DNA of 64,000 nt from Winogradskyella sp. UBA3174 (GTDB lineage Bacteria > Bacteroidota > Bacteroidia > Flavobacteriales > Flavobacteriaceae): NCBI RefSeq assembly GCF_002364335.1, contig NZ_DEXW01000077.1, positions 42,281-106,280 on the forward strand, in the 5' to 3' direction. This document shows positions 20,093 to 29,903 of the stretch, piece by piece. Both the position numbers and the translations under genes were made by a program. Within the stretch, counting starts at the first letter, position 1. Each line of letters starts with the position of its first letter. The notes below the pieces were generated by a model, which saw only the letters and a program-made list of their open reading frames with translations, made no database searches and was not told the origin of the DNA.

Positions 20093-20584
20093 TTGTCGCA
20101 ACAAATAATTAAAATTTTATTGGAAACGTTAGTTTTTACATATCATTTAGAAGACATTGATACTATTGCAAAAGAAGTTTTAAAACATTTAAAAGTTAAA
20201 ACACTTCTTTTTAATGGTGAAATGGGAACTGGTAAAACCACATTTATTAAAGCATTGATTAAAGCAATGGGAAGTAATGATATGGCTACGAGTCCTACGT
20301 TTTCGATAGTAAATGAATACGATATCCCTAGTGATAAAATTTTCCATTTCGATTTTTACAGAATAGAATCTTTAGACGAAGCCTATAATTTTGGTATTGA
20401 AGATTACTTAGATAGTGAGCATTGGTTGTTTATGGAATGGTCTGAGCGCATTGAAAATTTAATACCTAAAAACGCCCAAACCATTACTATAACTAACATA
20501 GATACTAATACAAGATCCCTCAGATTAACTATAGAAACAAATAAATTAACCCAAAATAGTGCTATGACAGAACCGAAATTTTAA
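20093..20584 (+). CDS. tsaE: tRNA t6A37 biosynthesis ATPase TsaE
   Basis: GEMGTGKTTF P-loop and SPTFSIVNEY motif. The start is uncertain: TTG at 20093 or TTG at 20120. Confidence 0.8.
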   Translation: MSQQIIKILLETLVFTYHLEDIDTIAKEVLKHLKVKTLLFNGEMGTGKTTFIKALIKAMGSNDMATSPTFSIVNEYDIPSDKIFHFDFYRIESLDEAYNFGIEDYLDSEHWLFMEWSERIENLIPKNAQTITITNIDTNTRSLRLTIETNKLTQNSAMTEPKF

Positions 20585-20740
20585 ATAAATTTCAACAAAT
20601 ATTCCTAAAGATAGTTTGTGAGTTACGGAAAAACCGTAATTGAAAACACATAATTTCTTGGACTTTAACATAATTTGATTTTTACAAGCGACCAATACGC
20701 TATAAATTTGTACTAATTAATTAATTAAATCCCTTGAATT

Positions 20741-20884
20741 ATGAATACAAAAAAACTAGTACTAGCAATTGCTATCTTCGGAGGAATGTTATTTACTGTA
20801 CAAGCAACTAACATTATTGACTTAGATGGAGAAGTTACAACACAAGTTGACAAAAGAAAACTTAAAGTCCCAACACACGGATAA
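20741..20884 (+). CDS. Possible 47-aa secreted small protein MNTKKLVLAIAIFGGMLFTVQATNIIDLDGEVTTQVDKRKLKVPTHG
   Basis: ATG start with a clear signal-peptide-like N-terminus. Overlaps the next ORF by 59 nt in another frame. Confidence 0.35.
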   Translation: MNTKKLVLAIAIFGGMLFTVQATNIIDLDGEVTTQVDKRKLKVPTHG

Positions 20885-21380
20885 AAAGTTTTATAATCGA
20901 AAGATTTTAACTGGGAGTATTATTGCATCTTTTATTGCAAGTACTCCCTTTTTGTTTTATTTATATGAGTATGTTCCAACTACTGAAAGTTGGGAAACTA
21001 TTTTTGGCACATACAAAAGCATACAATATGGCGATGCAAATGTTGCTATGTGGGTACTTTCAATGAAAGTTATCCCCTTAATTTTATCTCTTATTTGGTT
21101 TTTCACTTGTAGGCATTGGTGGTATCATGTTTTAATTATACCAATAACTATGTTTTCTTTTCAATGCATTGGTGCTTTAAATGATGATATTATTTTTATG
21201 GATGAATTTCATATTATATATCTATTACCAATAATGGCCTTTATTTTCCCTTCAATTTATTTGATTCGAGCAAAGATGTTCAGTAAGATAAACGATGCAG
21301 ATAAAACAATGGAAGAGCTCGAAGAAGAGTTTATGATAAAGCCTAAAACACTTTGGGGAAAGATTAGTCAGTATTTTTAA
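20826..21380 (+). CDS. Polytopic membrane protein (hypothetical)
   Basis: 184 aa with about four hydrophobic helices. The start is uncertain. Confidence 0.6.
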   Translation: MEKLQHKLTKENLKSQHTDKKFYNRKILTGSIIASFIASTPFLFYLYEYVPTTESWETIFGTYKSIQYGDANVAMWVLSMKVIPLILSLIWFFTCRHWWYHVLIIPITMFSFQCIGALNDDIIFMDEFHIIYLLPIMAFIFPSIYLIRAKMFSKINDADKTMEELEEEFMIKPKTLWGKISQYF

Positions 21381-21490
21381 ATATCTAATTTATATTTGAT
21401 TTAAAAATTATTCGTAATTTGAGTTAGATTAATTCTAAGTATATAGCCTTTTGTTATCTTGCAAGTACTATATGCTAATAACTAACTTAA

Positions 21491-22690
21491 ATGAGTAAGC
21501 CTTTATCACCTTTTACTAAAGCCCAATTATTACCACAAGAGGAAACCTTAGAGGTTTACAAGAAAAAAGGAAACCTTTTTATAGGTATTCCTAAAGAAAC
21601 TCACTTTCAAGAAAAACGTGTATGTCTAACTCCAGACGCCGTTTCTGCATTAACTGCAAATGGCCATCGTGTTTTATTTGAATCTGGTGCAGGTAAAGGT
21701 GCAAACTTCAAAGACAAAGATTACAGCGAAGCTGGTGCAGAAGTCACTAAAGATACTACTAAGGTGTTCTCCTGCCCTATTATTCTTAAAGTAGAACCGC
21801 CATCAATAGAGGAGATTTCTTTAATAAACCCACAAACTATTCTAATTTCTGCATTGCAGATAAAAACACAAAGCAAAGGGTATTTTGAAGCCTTAGCAAA
21901 AAAACGTATTACTGCTTTAGCTTTTGAATATATAAAAGATGAAGATGGTGCATATCCAGTTGTTCGCTCATTAAGCGAAATTGCCGGTACAGCTTCCATA
22001 TTAATTGCTTCTGAGCTATTATCTAATGTTAATGGAGGTAATGGATTAATGCTAGGTAATATAAATGGTGTGCCACCAACTGAAGTTGTTATTTTAGGTG
22101 CTGGTACTGTTGGAGAATTTGCTGCACGCTCTGCAATAGGCTTAGGTGCAAATGTAAAAGTATTTGACAGCTCTATAACCAAACTACGTTGTCTTCAAAA
22201 TAATCTTGGTCGTACGATATACACATCAACCATGCAACCTAAAAACCTTCTAAAAGCTTTAAAGCGTTGTGATGTTGCTATTGGAGCCGTAAGAGGTGTA
22301 AATCGATCACCTATTATAGTTACTGAAACTATGGTAGATCATATGAAACGTGGCTCTGTTATTATAGATGTTAGTATAGATATGGGTGGTTGCTTTGAAA
22401 CTAGTGAAGTTACTACACACTATCATCCAACTTTTGATCATAACGGTGTTATACATTATTGTGTACCAAATATTCCTGCAAGATATTCTAGAACAGCTTC
22501 AGTATCAATTAGTAATATCTTTACCCCTTACCTATTAGAAATAGGAGACTATGGTGGTATAGAAAATGCACTTCGTTTTGATCGCGGATTAAAAAATGGG
22601 TTGTATTTTTACCATGGCATTTTAACTAACAAATCTGTAGCCGAATGGTATGGCTTAGATTATAGTGATGCCAACCTATTAATTTTTTAA
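21491..22690 (+). CDS. ald: Alanine dehydrogenase family (AlaDH/PNT) protein
   Basis: 399 aa with Rossmann motif VVILGAGTVGEFAA and an AlaDH/PNT N-terminal domain pattern. Confidence 0.75.
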   Translation: MSKPLSPFTKAQLLPQEETLEVYKKKGNLFIGIPKETHFQEKRVCLTPDAVSALTANGHRVLFESGAGKGANFKDKDYSEAGAEVTKDTTKVFSCPIILKVEPPSIEEISLINPQTILISALQIKTQSKGYFEALAKKRITALAFEYIKDEDGAYPVVRSLSEIAGTASILIASELLSNVNGGNGLMLGNINGVPPTEVVILGAGTVGEFAARSAIGLGANVKVFDSSITKLRCLQNNLGRTIYTSTMQPKNLLKALKRCDVAIGAVRGVNRSPIIVTETMVDHMKRGSVIIDVSIDMGGCFETSEVTTHYHPTFDHNGVIHYCVPNIPARYSRTASVSISNIFTPYLLEIGDYGGIENALRFDRGLKNGLYFYHGILTNKSVAEWYGLDYSDANLLIF

Positions 22691-22720
22691 TTTTAGAACT
22701 AACAGCATTTCTTTTATATT

Positions 22721-23092
22721 ATGAAGTTTATACATCGATTAGGCTATTACCTTGGTGGTTTTTCTTTAGGCCTTATACTTTTAATGTTTTTTTTAAATGG
22801 TAAAGACGCATCTTGTGACTATGGTCCAAACGCTAGAACCGTAAAGAATATAAGCTCTAAACCTATGGTTTATTCTAGTACCGCTTCTGATTTTGTAAAA
22901 GAAAATTCACTAGATTCTATAACCATGTTAAATTTAGTAAAATATGGTAGTGTTGACTTTTCAAAAAGTAAAGAAGAACTAGATTCATGTAAAGTTTATC
23001 ACATAGAGAATAGCTACAAAGATCTTGATATGGTGCTTAAAGTTCAAAATTGTGATTCTATAGCTACGCTTTTAGATGTGAAATATTTGTAA
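22721..23092 (+). CDS. Membrane-anchored hypothetical protein
   Basis: 123 aa with a single N-terminal TM helix. Confidence 0.55.
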   Translation: MKFIHRLGYYLGGFSLGLILLMFFLNGKDASCDYGPNARTVKNISSKPMVYSSTASDFVKENSLDSITMLNLVKYGSVDFSKSKEELDSCKVYHIENSYKDLDMVLKVQNCDSIATLLDVKYL

Positions 23093-23188
23093 TACTAATT
23101 TATCTAAAATATTTATACAAAATTTTAGAATTTTTCAATCTAAATTCACATCTTTGAAATCATTATAAAAAACAGTAAGCATAAGATT

Positions 23189-24208
23189 ATGAAAGTATTA
23201 GTAACTGGAGCAGCAGGTTTTATAGGGTTTTATGTCTCAAAAGTATTATTAGAAAAAGGACATAAGGTTGTAGGACTTGATAACATCAATGATTATTACG
23301 ATGTAAACTTAAAGTTTTCTCGACTAAAAGAACTTGGAATAAATCAAAATGAAGCTGAAGAATTTAATTCACTTTGCAAAAGCAAAAATGAAAGCTTCAC
23401 ATTTATAAGAATGAATCTTGAAAACAGAGAAGAATTACCTCATTTATTTAGAAAAGAAAAATTTGATATTGTTTGTAATTTAGCTGCTCAGGCAGGTGTA
23501 AGATACAGTTTAGAAAATCCTGAAACTTATATAGATTCAAATTTAGTAGGATTTCTTAATATTCTTGAATGCTGTAGACATAATGATATAAAACATCTTG
23601 TTTATGCAAGTAGCTCTAGTGTTTATGGTCTTAATGAAAAAATACCATTTTCTACTGATGACAATGTTGACTACCCAATCAGTTTGTATGCAGCTACGAA
23701 AAAGAGTAATGAATTAATGGCTCATACATACAGTCATTTATTTAAGATTCCGACAACGGGATTAAGATTCTTTACCGTTTATGGACCTTGGGGACGACCA
23801 GATATGGCAATGTTTTTATTTACAGACGCTATTGTAAAAGACAGACCTATTAAAGTGTTTAATCATGGCAAAATGGAGCGTGATTTCACATATATCGATG
23901 ATATTGTTGAAGGAGTCGTTAGAATTATTGAAAAATCATCTGAAAAGAGAATAGATCATAATGAATTTTACAAAATATATAATATTGGTAATAATAACTC
24001 TGTTAAGTTATTAGACTTTATAAAAGAGATAGAATATAATTTAGACAAAGTCGCAACCAAAGAAATGTTACCTATGCAACCTGGTGATGTAGAACGAACT
24101 TGGGCAGATGTTAATCAATTGATCAAAGATTATGATTATAGCCCTAATACTTCGATTAAAGAAGGTGTTAAATATTTTATCGATTGGTTTAAAGGATATT
24201 ACAATTAA
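23189..24208 (+). CDS. NAD-dependent nucleotide-sugar epimerase, UDP-glucuronate 4-epimerase-like
   Basis: GAAGFIG, YAATK (YxxxK) and the GLDNINDYYDVNLK pattern typical of the GlcA epimerase subgroup. Adjacent to ugd. Confidence 0.75.
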   Translation: MKVLVTGAAGFIGFYVSKVLLEKGHKVVGLDNINDYYDVNLKFSRLKELGINQNEAEEFNSLCKSKNESFTFIRMNLENREELPHLFRKEKFDIVCNLAAQAGVRYSLENPETYIDSNLVGFLNILECCRHNDIKHLVYASSSSVYGLNEKIPFSTDDNVDYPISLYAATKKSNELMAHTYSHLFKIPTTGLRFFTVYGPWGRPDMAMFLFTDAIVKDRPIKVFNHGKMERDFTYIDDIVEGVVRIIEKSSEKRIDHNEFYKIYNIGNNNSVKLLDFIKEIEYNLDKVATKEMLPMQPGDVERTWADVNQLIKDYDYSPNTSIKEGVKYFIDWFKGYYN

Positions 24209-24365
24209 TTGTACTGTATTTTAACGATAGTTTATAGCACTTTTACTAATCTTATGAAGTTTATCGTAAAAACGCGTCGTTGATATAAAATTTTAGACTA
24301 ATCAAATTATTTCTTACAAATTTGTTGTCATTAAAAATAAACCCAAATCAAATAAACTTAAAGCT

Positions 24366-25745
24366 ATGAAAATTACAAATATTTGTTGTATTGGTGCTGG
24401 ATATGTTGGTGGACCAACTATGGCAGTAATCGCAAAAATGAATCCGAAAATTAAAGTTACTATTGTGGATATTAATGCCGAGCGTATTGCTGCTTGGAAT
24501 GACGAAGATGTTTCAAATTTGCCTATATATGAGCCAGGTTTAGCTAAAATTGTTAAAGAAACTCGTGGTAAGAATTTATTTTTCTCAACTGAAATAGATC
24601 AAGCCATTAGTGAATCTGAGATGATTTTTATTTCAGTAAACACACCTACAAAGACTTATGGTAAGGGTAAAGGAATGGCTGCAGATTTAAAATATGTTGA
24701 GTTATGCGCTAGGAATATTGCTGAAGTTGCCACAACGGATAAAATTGTAGTTGAAAAATCTACTTTACCTGTTAGAACAGCACAAGCCATAAAGAGTATT
24801 CTACATAATACCGGTAGTGAAGTTAAATTTGAAATTTTATCAAATCCAGAATTTTTAGCAGAAGGAACAGCAATCGAGGATTTATTAAATCCAGATCGCG
24901 TTTTAATAGGTGGTGAATCTGAGGCTGCTATTGAAAGTTTAGCTAAGGTTTATGGTAGCTGGGTTTCTCAAGATAGAATACTAAGAACTAACATTTGGTC
25001 TTCAGAATTATCAAAGTTAACCGCTAATGCGTTTTTAGCACAGCGAATTTCTTCTATAAATGCAATTTCAGAATTATGCGAGCATACAGAGGCTAATGTT
25101 AGTGAAGTAGCAAAGGCTATTGGTATGGACTCTAGAATTGGCTCAAAGTTTTTAAATGCCTCTATTGGATTTGGTGGTTCATGTTTTCAAAAAGATATTT
25201 TAAACTTAGTCTATATTGCTAGAAGTTATGGCTTAAATGCTGTTGCAGATTATTGGGAACAAGTAATTATTCTTAACGACCATCAAAAAAGACGATTTTC
25301 AGATAATTTAATAAGTACATTATATAACACCGTATCTGGAAAGAAAATAGCGATGCTAGGTTGGGCGTTTAAAAAAGACACCAACGATACAAGAGAGTCA
25401 GCAGCAATATACGTTGCCGATCATTTATTAAGTGAGCAAGCCCATATTGCCGTTTATGACCCAAAGGTTTCTGGTATAAAAATTCAATCAGATTTAAATT
25501 ATCTAAATACAAGAACCGAAGAAGAAAATAATGATTTAGTTAAAGCTTTTGAAGACCCTTACAAAGCTACCGAAAATTCACATGCCATAGCTATTATGAC
25601 AGAATGGGATGAATTTAAGACTTATAATTGGGGAAAAATATACGATGGCATGAAAAAGCCAGCATTTATATTTGATGGTAGAAATATATTAGACAAAACT
25701 GAAATGGAAACTATTGGTTTTGAATATTCGTCAATAGGAAAGTAA
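24366..25745 (+). CDS. ugd: UDP-glucose 6-dehydrogenase
   Basis: GAGYVGG Rossmann motif and catalytic [10 protein letters not shown]; 459 aa. Confidence 0.9.
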   Translation: MKITNICCIGAGYVGGPTMAVIAKMNPKIKVTIVDINAERIAAWNDEDVSNLPIYEPGLAKIVKETRGKNLFFSTEIDQAISESEMIFISVNTPTKTYGKGKGMAADLKYVELCARNIAEVATTDKIVVEKSTLPVRTAQAIKSILHNTGSEVKFEILSNPEFLAEGTAIEDLLNPDRVLIGGESEAAIESLAKVYGSWVSQDRILRTNIWSSELSKLTANAFLAQRISSINAISELCEHTEANVSEVAKAIGMDSRIGSKFLNASIGFGGSCFQKDILNLVYIARSYGLNAVADYWEQVIILNDHQKRRFSDNLISTLYNTVSGKKIAMLGWAFKKDTNDTRESAAIYVADHLLSEQAHIAVYDPKVSGIKIQSDLNYLNTRTEEENNDLVKAFEDPYKATENSHAIAIMTEWDEFKTYNWGKIYDGMKKPAFIFDGRNILDKTEMETIGFEYSSIGK

Positions 25746-25774
25746 TATTTATTTTAAATTTTATTGACACACTT

Positions 25775-25813
25775 AAAAAAAGCTCTAAGATGTTATCATC
25801 TTAGAGCTTTTTT
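25775..25813. terminator. Bidirectional intrinsic terminator between convergent ugd and the T9SS cargo gene
   Basis: AAAAAAAGCTCTAAGATG-TTAT-CATCTTAGAGCTTTTTT, a perfect long stem flanked by an A-run and a T-run. Confidence 0.85.
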
Positions 25814-25870
25814 AATTCACTTATATTTTATATAATCTGTATTGCCTATTTATCATCTAGCCCATATAGT

Positions 25871-28800
25871 TTAATTAACAATTAATCGCTTAGTAATTTC
25901 ATTGTATTCATCTTTAATTCTTATAATATAAACTCCGACATCAAGAGCACTTATATTTAATTGTGTATTTACAGTAGGATCGTAATATTGATTTGTTACT
26001 GTCTTTGAAAGTACAAGTTTACCTGTTAAGTCATATAATTTTATATCAGATGTCTCAAATGAGCCTTGCATTTTAATATTTACAATATCATTTGCAGGAT
26101 TTGGATATATTGTAATATTGAAATCTAAATTTTCATCCGAAGGCTCTAAGTTACAATCAAAATCTATTTCTACTCTTACAGAAGCTTCATCAAAATCTAC
26201 AGCATTAAATACAGTAACATAATAATCTGTGGTCTCTGCAGGCGCTACTTCAATAGATGGTGTAATTTCCCCTGTACTCCATAAATATTCGTCACCTCCA
26301 GAGGCCGTTAATACTATGGAATCATCTAAGCATAATAAAACATTCTCACCAGCATAAGCAGTTACAGGTTCATAAACATTTATAGTAATATTCTTATCGT
26401 CATAACAATCGTTTATATAACCCCTAACCTCAAAAACTGTAGTCTCAGATGGACTAATAGCAATATTAGGTTGTGTTGCTCCATTATTCCATTCATAATT
26501 GTTAGCACCAGAGGCTGATAGTGTAATAAAATCACCGCTTAATATATCTAAACTCTCACCGTTCACAATAACAACGTTAGGGTTTGGGTCTACAAAAACA
26601 GTAACAACATCAGAGCTTTGTTCTTCACCCAAAGTAACGGTTACGCTATAATCTGTTGTAGATAATGGACTAACTATAATATTTTGAGACGTTTCTCCAG
26701 TACTCCAAAGGTAACTATCACCTTGGTTAGCAGATAATTCTACCTCATAATTATCATTTTCACAAACGCGTTCGTCTTCACCTGCGGAAGCTTCAAAGAT
26801 TTCATCTACCGTTACTGTAATTTGTTCTTGTACTTCACAACCTCCATTAATACCAAAAACAATATATGTCGTAGTTTGTAATGGGCTCACTATGATAGAA
26901 TTTGATGTTTCACCTGTACTCCAAAGGTAGGCATTAGCGCCAACTGCAGTTAATGTCGTACTTTCTCCTTCTAAAATTATTACGTCATCACTAACTGTTA
27001 CTAAAGGTAGTGTATTTACATTCACTATTACACTACTAGTAGTCTCTTCACCGGTATCATTAAAAGCTATAACATTATATAGTGTAGTTTCCGTTGGACT
27101 AACCTCTATGGAAGCAGAAGTTTCTCCTGTATTCCATAAAAAATTTGTACCACCAGTAGCAGTTAGAGTAGTCGTTTCCCCTACACATATAGATTGGTCG
27201 ATACCAGCATTTGCTACCTGTGCGGTATCGAATAAAAAATTCAGTGAAAAATTATCAATTGCAACAACATCTCCTCCTGCTCCATCCGCACTGTAGTATG
27301 TAATTGTAAAATTATAGGTACCTTCTTCTACTACATAAGATTCAAAATTTAAACCTACATGGCCATTAGGAAGACCTGCATATATAGTTCCACTTTCTAT
27401 CCATGTACCCGAAGATGGACCTACCCAATCTACTCTTACACTTTCTACTTCTGTGTTTAAATCGCCTCCTTGAGGTATACTTCTAAAGTTTATTTCATTT
27501 CCCTCATCTGTTAAATCTATGTCTGTATCTCCTGTAATACCTTGGATTAATAGATCTGTAGAGGCATTGTAAAACTCATAAGTTCCAAAAAATGTATCGA
27601 TTACTGTAATACTAGAGCTGGCAGTTAAACTTGCATTATTAGATGTATAAGTGATGTCTACCTGACCTTGACCAATAGCTGTTACTAAACCATTTTCATC
27701 TACTGTTGCAATTAAATCACTACTACTTGTCCAAGTACCAGATGAGTCTGTTGTATTGGTAGGGATAAGTGTTGCTGTAAGTTGCGTGTTTTCACTAATT
27801 TCTAAAGTAACATCTATTGGACTAACTGAAACCGACTCTAAAGGAATAACAATATTAGTTACCGTAATTTCAGCTGTGTCTATAAAACCTCCACTGTTAG
27901 ATGTAAATGTTATTGTTGCTAGTCCTTCAGAAACGGAAGTAACTAAACCATTAGTCTCTACAGTCGCTATACTAGAATTGCTAGAAGTCCATGCACCACT
28001 TTGGTTTGAAGTATTAACTGGTGTAAAAGCTGTAGACAAGGCTACAGAATCTGGTAGGTTTATCGTAGCTGTATTTGGTGTTATTACAACACTCTCTGCT
28101 GGAACATCTGGAATTTGACCATTTGCCGTTTGATTTAAATATTCTTCTAAATCTGTATAACCATCTATATCAGTATCTACTACACCGTTGCTAACTAAAT
28201 TTCCGTACTCTAATATCTCCCAAAAATCTGGCATTCCATCGTTATCTACATCTGTAAAAGGAGTACCACTTGTGAGTATAGGAAATGTTCCTGAAGTAAC
28301 AGGTGCCGTTGCTATTTGAGTTTCAACATCATTAATAGCTCTAGCATCTTCACTATCTCTTGTTGGTAATGAAGCACCGACATGGTCTTTAAGACTATCA
28401 AATAAGTTTACAGCATTTATCAATACAACACCATCGGCAATAATAGGTGTGTTCTTAGGTGTTGTTACTCTATAAGATGTATTTAATGTATTCTGTACGT
28501 CTGAAGAACCTCCGCCAGGCTGTACAACGCTCCATTCTTCATCCCAATCAACAGGTGATGTAATTGAAGTTCTTAGTGGACTAATATTACCCTCTGTAAA
28601 TATTGAAACAGGATAAGCAGTGCTTACATATAGCATATTTCTTGAAAAGCCAGAATCAATACAAAGATTATTTATATAATTTAGATGTTTAGTGCCTGAT
28701 TCTTCTATGTTATTAGGAAAGGATGCGTGTAATTTGCCTTCAAATGTTACCGTATTTATAATTTCAAAATAAGTATCTTCTGTTACATAATTGCCTGTTT

Positions 28801-29512
28801 CGTTTTTAATTAATGGTTGTCTTTGCCCTACACTTGAAAACAAAAGATTATAAAAAGTTAATCTATCAACACCACCCGATGCTATTATTCCTTTATCGTT
28901 TCCTCCCCAAGCTGTATCTATAAGAGAATTCTGTATGGTTATATCATAAACATTAGCTTCATTATTTCCATCATAATCATAAATTGCTATATTTTCATCA
29001 CTAGCCCAACTAAATGAACAATGGTCTATAATAACATTGTGTGCGTTTGTTATTACTAGATTATCTGAATTTTGTTCAGAAACTTCAAATTCAGAACGCC
29101 TTAATGTTAAATATCTAATAATTACATCATTTGTCTGTACTTGTAATACGACGTCATTTGGTGTGCCTTCCATACTTAAAGTAATACCATCACCAACACT
29201 GTGTTGTCCTGCAATAGTTATAAAAGGATTATTGATCGTAAGTGTGCTTTGAAGGTTTATACGGCCTCCTACGTCAAAAATGACTGTTCTAGGACCACTT
29301 GCATCAATAGCAGCACGTAAACTTCCAGCACCAGAGTCATTAAGGTTTGTAACTCTTATAACTTGACCGCCTCGACCTCCAACGGCATATTTACCATAAC
29401 CTTCAGCTCCAGGAAAAGCTGGTAACTGAGCATAAGAATTAAAAGTTGAGAAAAGGGTAAATAAAAAGGCGATACTAAAAGTAATTTTAGTCATATTCTT
29501 TTGGGCTTTCAT
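25871..29512 (-). CDS. 1213-aa secreted multidomain protein: PL1-like pectate lyase beta-helix, DxDxDG Ca-binding-like motif, 2 Big_2 Ig-like domains, a beta-sandwich region, 5 tandem ~70-aa modules, and a T9SS type A C-terminal sorting domain
   Basis: Signal peptide, then FPGAEGYGKYAVGGRGGQVIRVTNLNDSGAGSLR (pectate lyase-like). Two ITP/VSP...TAT..P.NT...G.WTSS....ATV..NGLVT repeats (Big_2). A C-terminal IYPNPANDIVNIK...YIIRIK tail (T9SS CTD). Confidence 0.8.
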   Translation of the reverse strand: MKAQKNMTKITFSIAFLFTLFSTFNSYAQLPAFPGAEGYGKYAVGGRGGQVIRVTNLNDSGAGSLRAAIDASGPRTVIFDVGGRINLQSTLTINNPFITIAGQHSVGDGITLSMEGTPNDVVLQVQTNDVIIRYLTLRRSEFEVSEQNSDNLVITNAHNVIIDHCSFSWASDENIAIYDYDGNNEANVYDITIQNSLIDTAWGGNDKGIIASGGVDRLTFYNLLFSSVGQRQPLIKNETGNYVTEDTYFEIINTVTFEGKLHASFPNNIEESGTKHLNYINNLCIDSGFSRNMLYVSTAYPVSIFTEGNISPLRTSITSPVDWDEEWSVVQPGGGSSDVQNTLNTSYRVTTPKNTPIIADGVVLINAVNLFDSLKDHVGASLPTRDSEDARAINDVETQIATAPVTSGTFPILTSGTPFTDVDNDGMPDFWEILEYGNLVSNGVVDTDIDGYTDLEEYLNQTANGQIPDVPAESVVITPNTATINLPDSVALSTAFTPVNTSNQSGAWTSSNSSIATVETNGLVTSVSEGLATITFTSNSGGFIDTAEITVTNIVIPLESVSVSPIDVTLEISENTQLTATLIPTNTTDSSGTWTSSSDLIATVDENGLVTAIGQGQVDITYTSNNASLTASSSITVIDTFFGTYEFYNASTDLLIQGITGDTDIDLTDEGNEINFRSIPQGGDLNTEVESVRVDWVGPSSGTWIESGTIYAGLPNGHVGLNFESYVVEEGTYNFTITYYSADGAGGDVVAIDNFSLNFLFDTAQVANAGIDQSICVGETTTLTATGGTNFLWNTGETSASIEVSPTETTLYNVIAFNDTGEETTSSVIVNVNTLPLVTVSDDVIILEGESTTLTAVGANAYLWSTGETSNSIIVSPLQTTTYIVFGINGGCEVQEQITVTVDEIFEASAGEDERVCENDNYEVELSANQGDSYLWSTGETSQNIIVSPLSTTDYSVTVTLGEEQSSDVVTVFVDPNPNVVIVNGESLDILSGDFITLSASGANNYEWNNGATQPNIAISPSETTVFEVRGYINDCYDDKNITINVYEPVTAYAGENVLLCLDDSIVLTASGGDEYLWSTGEITPSIEVAPAETTDYYVTVFNAVDFDEASVRVEIDFDCNLEPSDENLDFNITIYPNPANDIVNIKMQGSFETSDIKLYDLTGKLVLSKTVTNQYYDPTVNTQLNISALDVGVYIIRIKDEYNEITKRLIVN
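26160..27213 (-). repeat. Five in-frame tandem ~70-aa coding repeats (consensus ...L.A.G...YLWSTGETS.SI.VSP..TT.Y.V...)
   Basis: The repeated YLWSTGETS / FLWNTGETS / YEWNNGATQ blocks recur at about 210-nt spacing inside the CDS. Confidence 0.8.
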
Positions 29513-29903
29513 AAAATAGATATTCTTTCTAAATTAAGTTTAGAACAATTTTAAAAAATAAATTGCAATTAACAAGGTTAAGTACTTAATTATTCGACAT
29601 AATGTAATTTTTTGTAGGTATTTATTTACTTAAAATTACTTTATCGGTTAAATTATGGTTTATATACGTCTAAATACATTTTTTAGACGTTTAAAAATTA
29701 ACTTTAACATTCTCAAGAATTTATTTACAAAAACAATAGAGTTTAGACCTTATTATTAATAGTTTGTAGCTCAAAAATTTAGATAGGAATTTATAAAAAA
29801 CCAATTTAGTATATAGTATAGCTACATTAATTTTTTAACGGTTTTTAAAAAAAAGATAATGGTATTACAATAAAATTGCTTTTTTTTACAAAAAACTAAC
29901 CAA

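Noticed and set aside
21721-22182. 153-aa minus-strand ORF inside ald. Similar antisense ORFs occur at 1659..1862, 14048..14383, 27756..28118, 30530..31024, 41970..42218 and 49828..50076.
   Set aside because: All are embedded antisense in strongly supported genes. They have low-complexity or compositionally odd sequences and no motifs.
26160-27213. Periodic ~210-nt repetition that might be taken for a non-coding tandem repeat or CRISPR-like array
   Set aside because: The repeats are in frame within one long ORF, are diverged at the DNA level, and have no spacer/repeat architecture. They are protein domain repeats.
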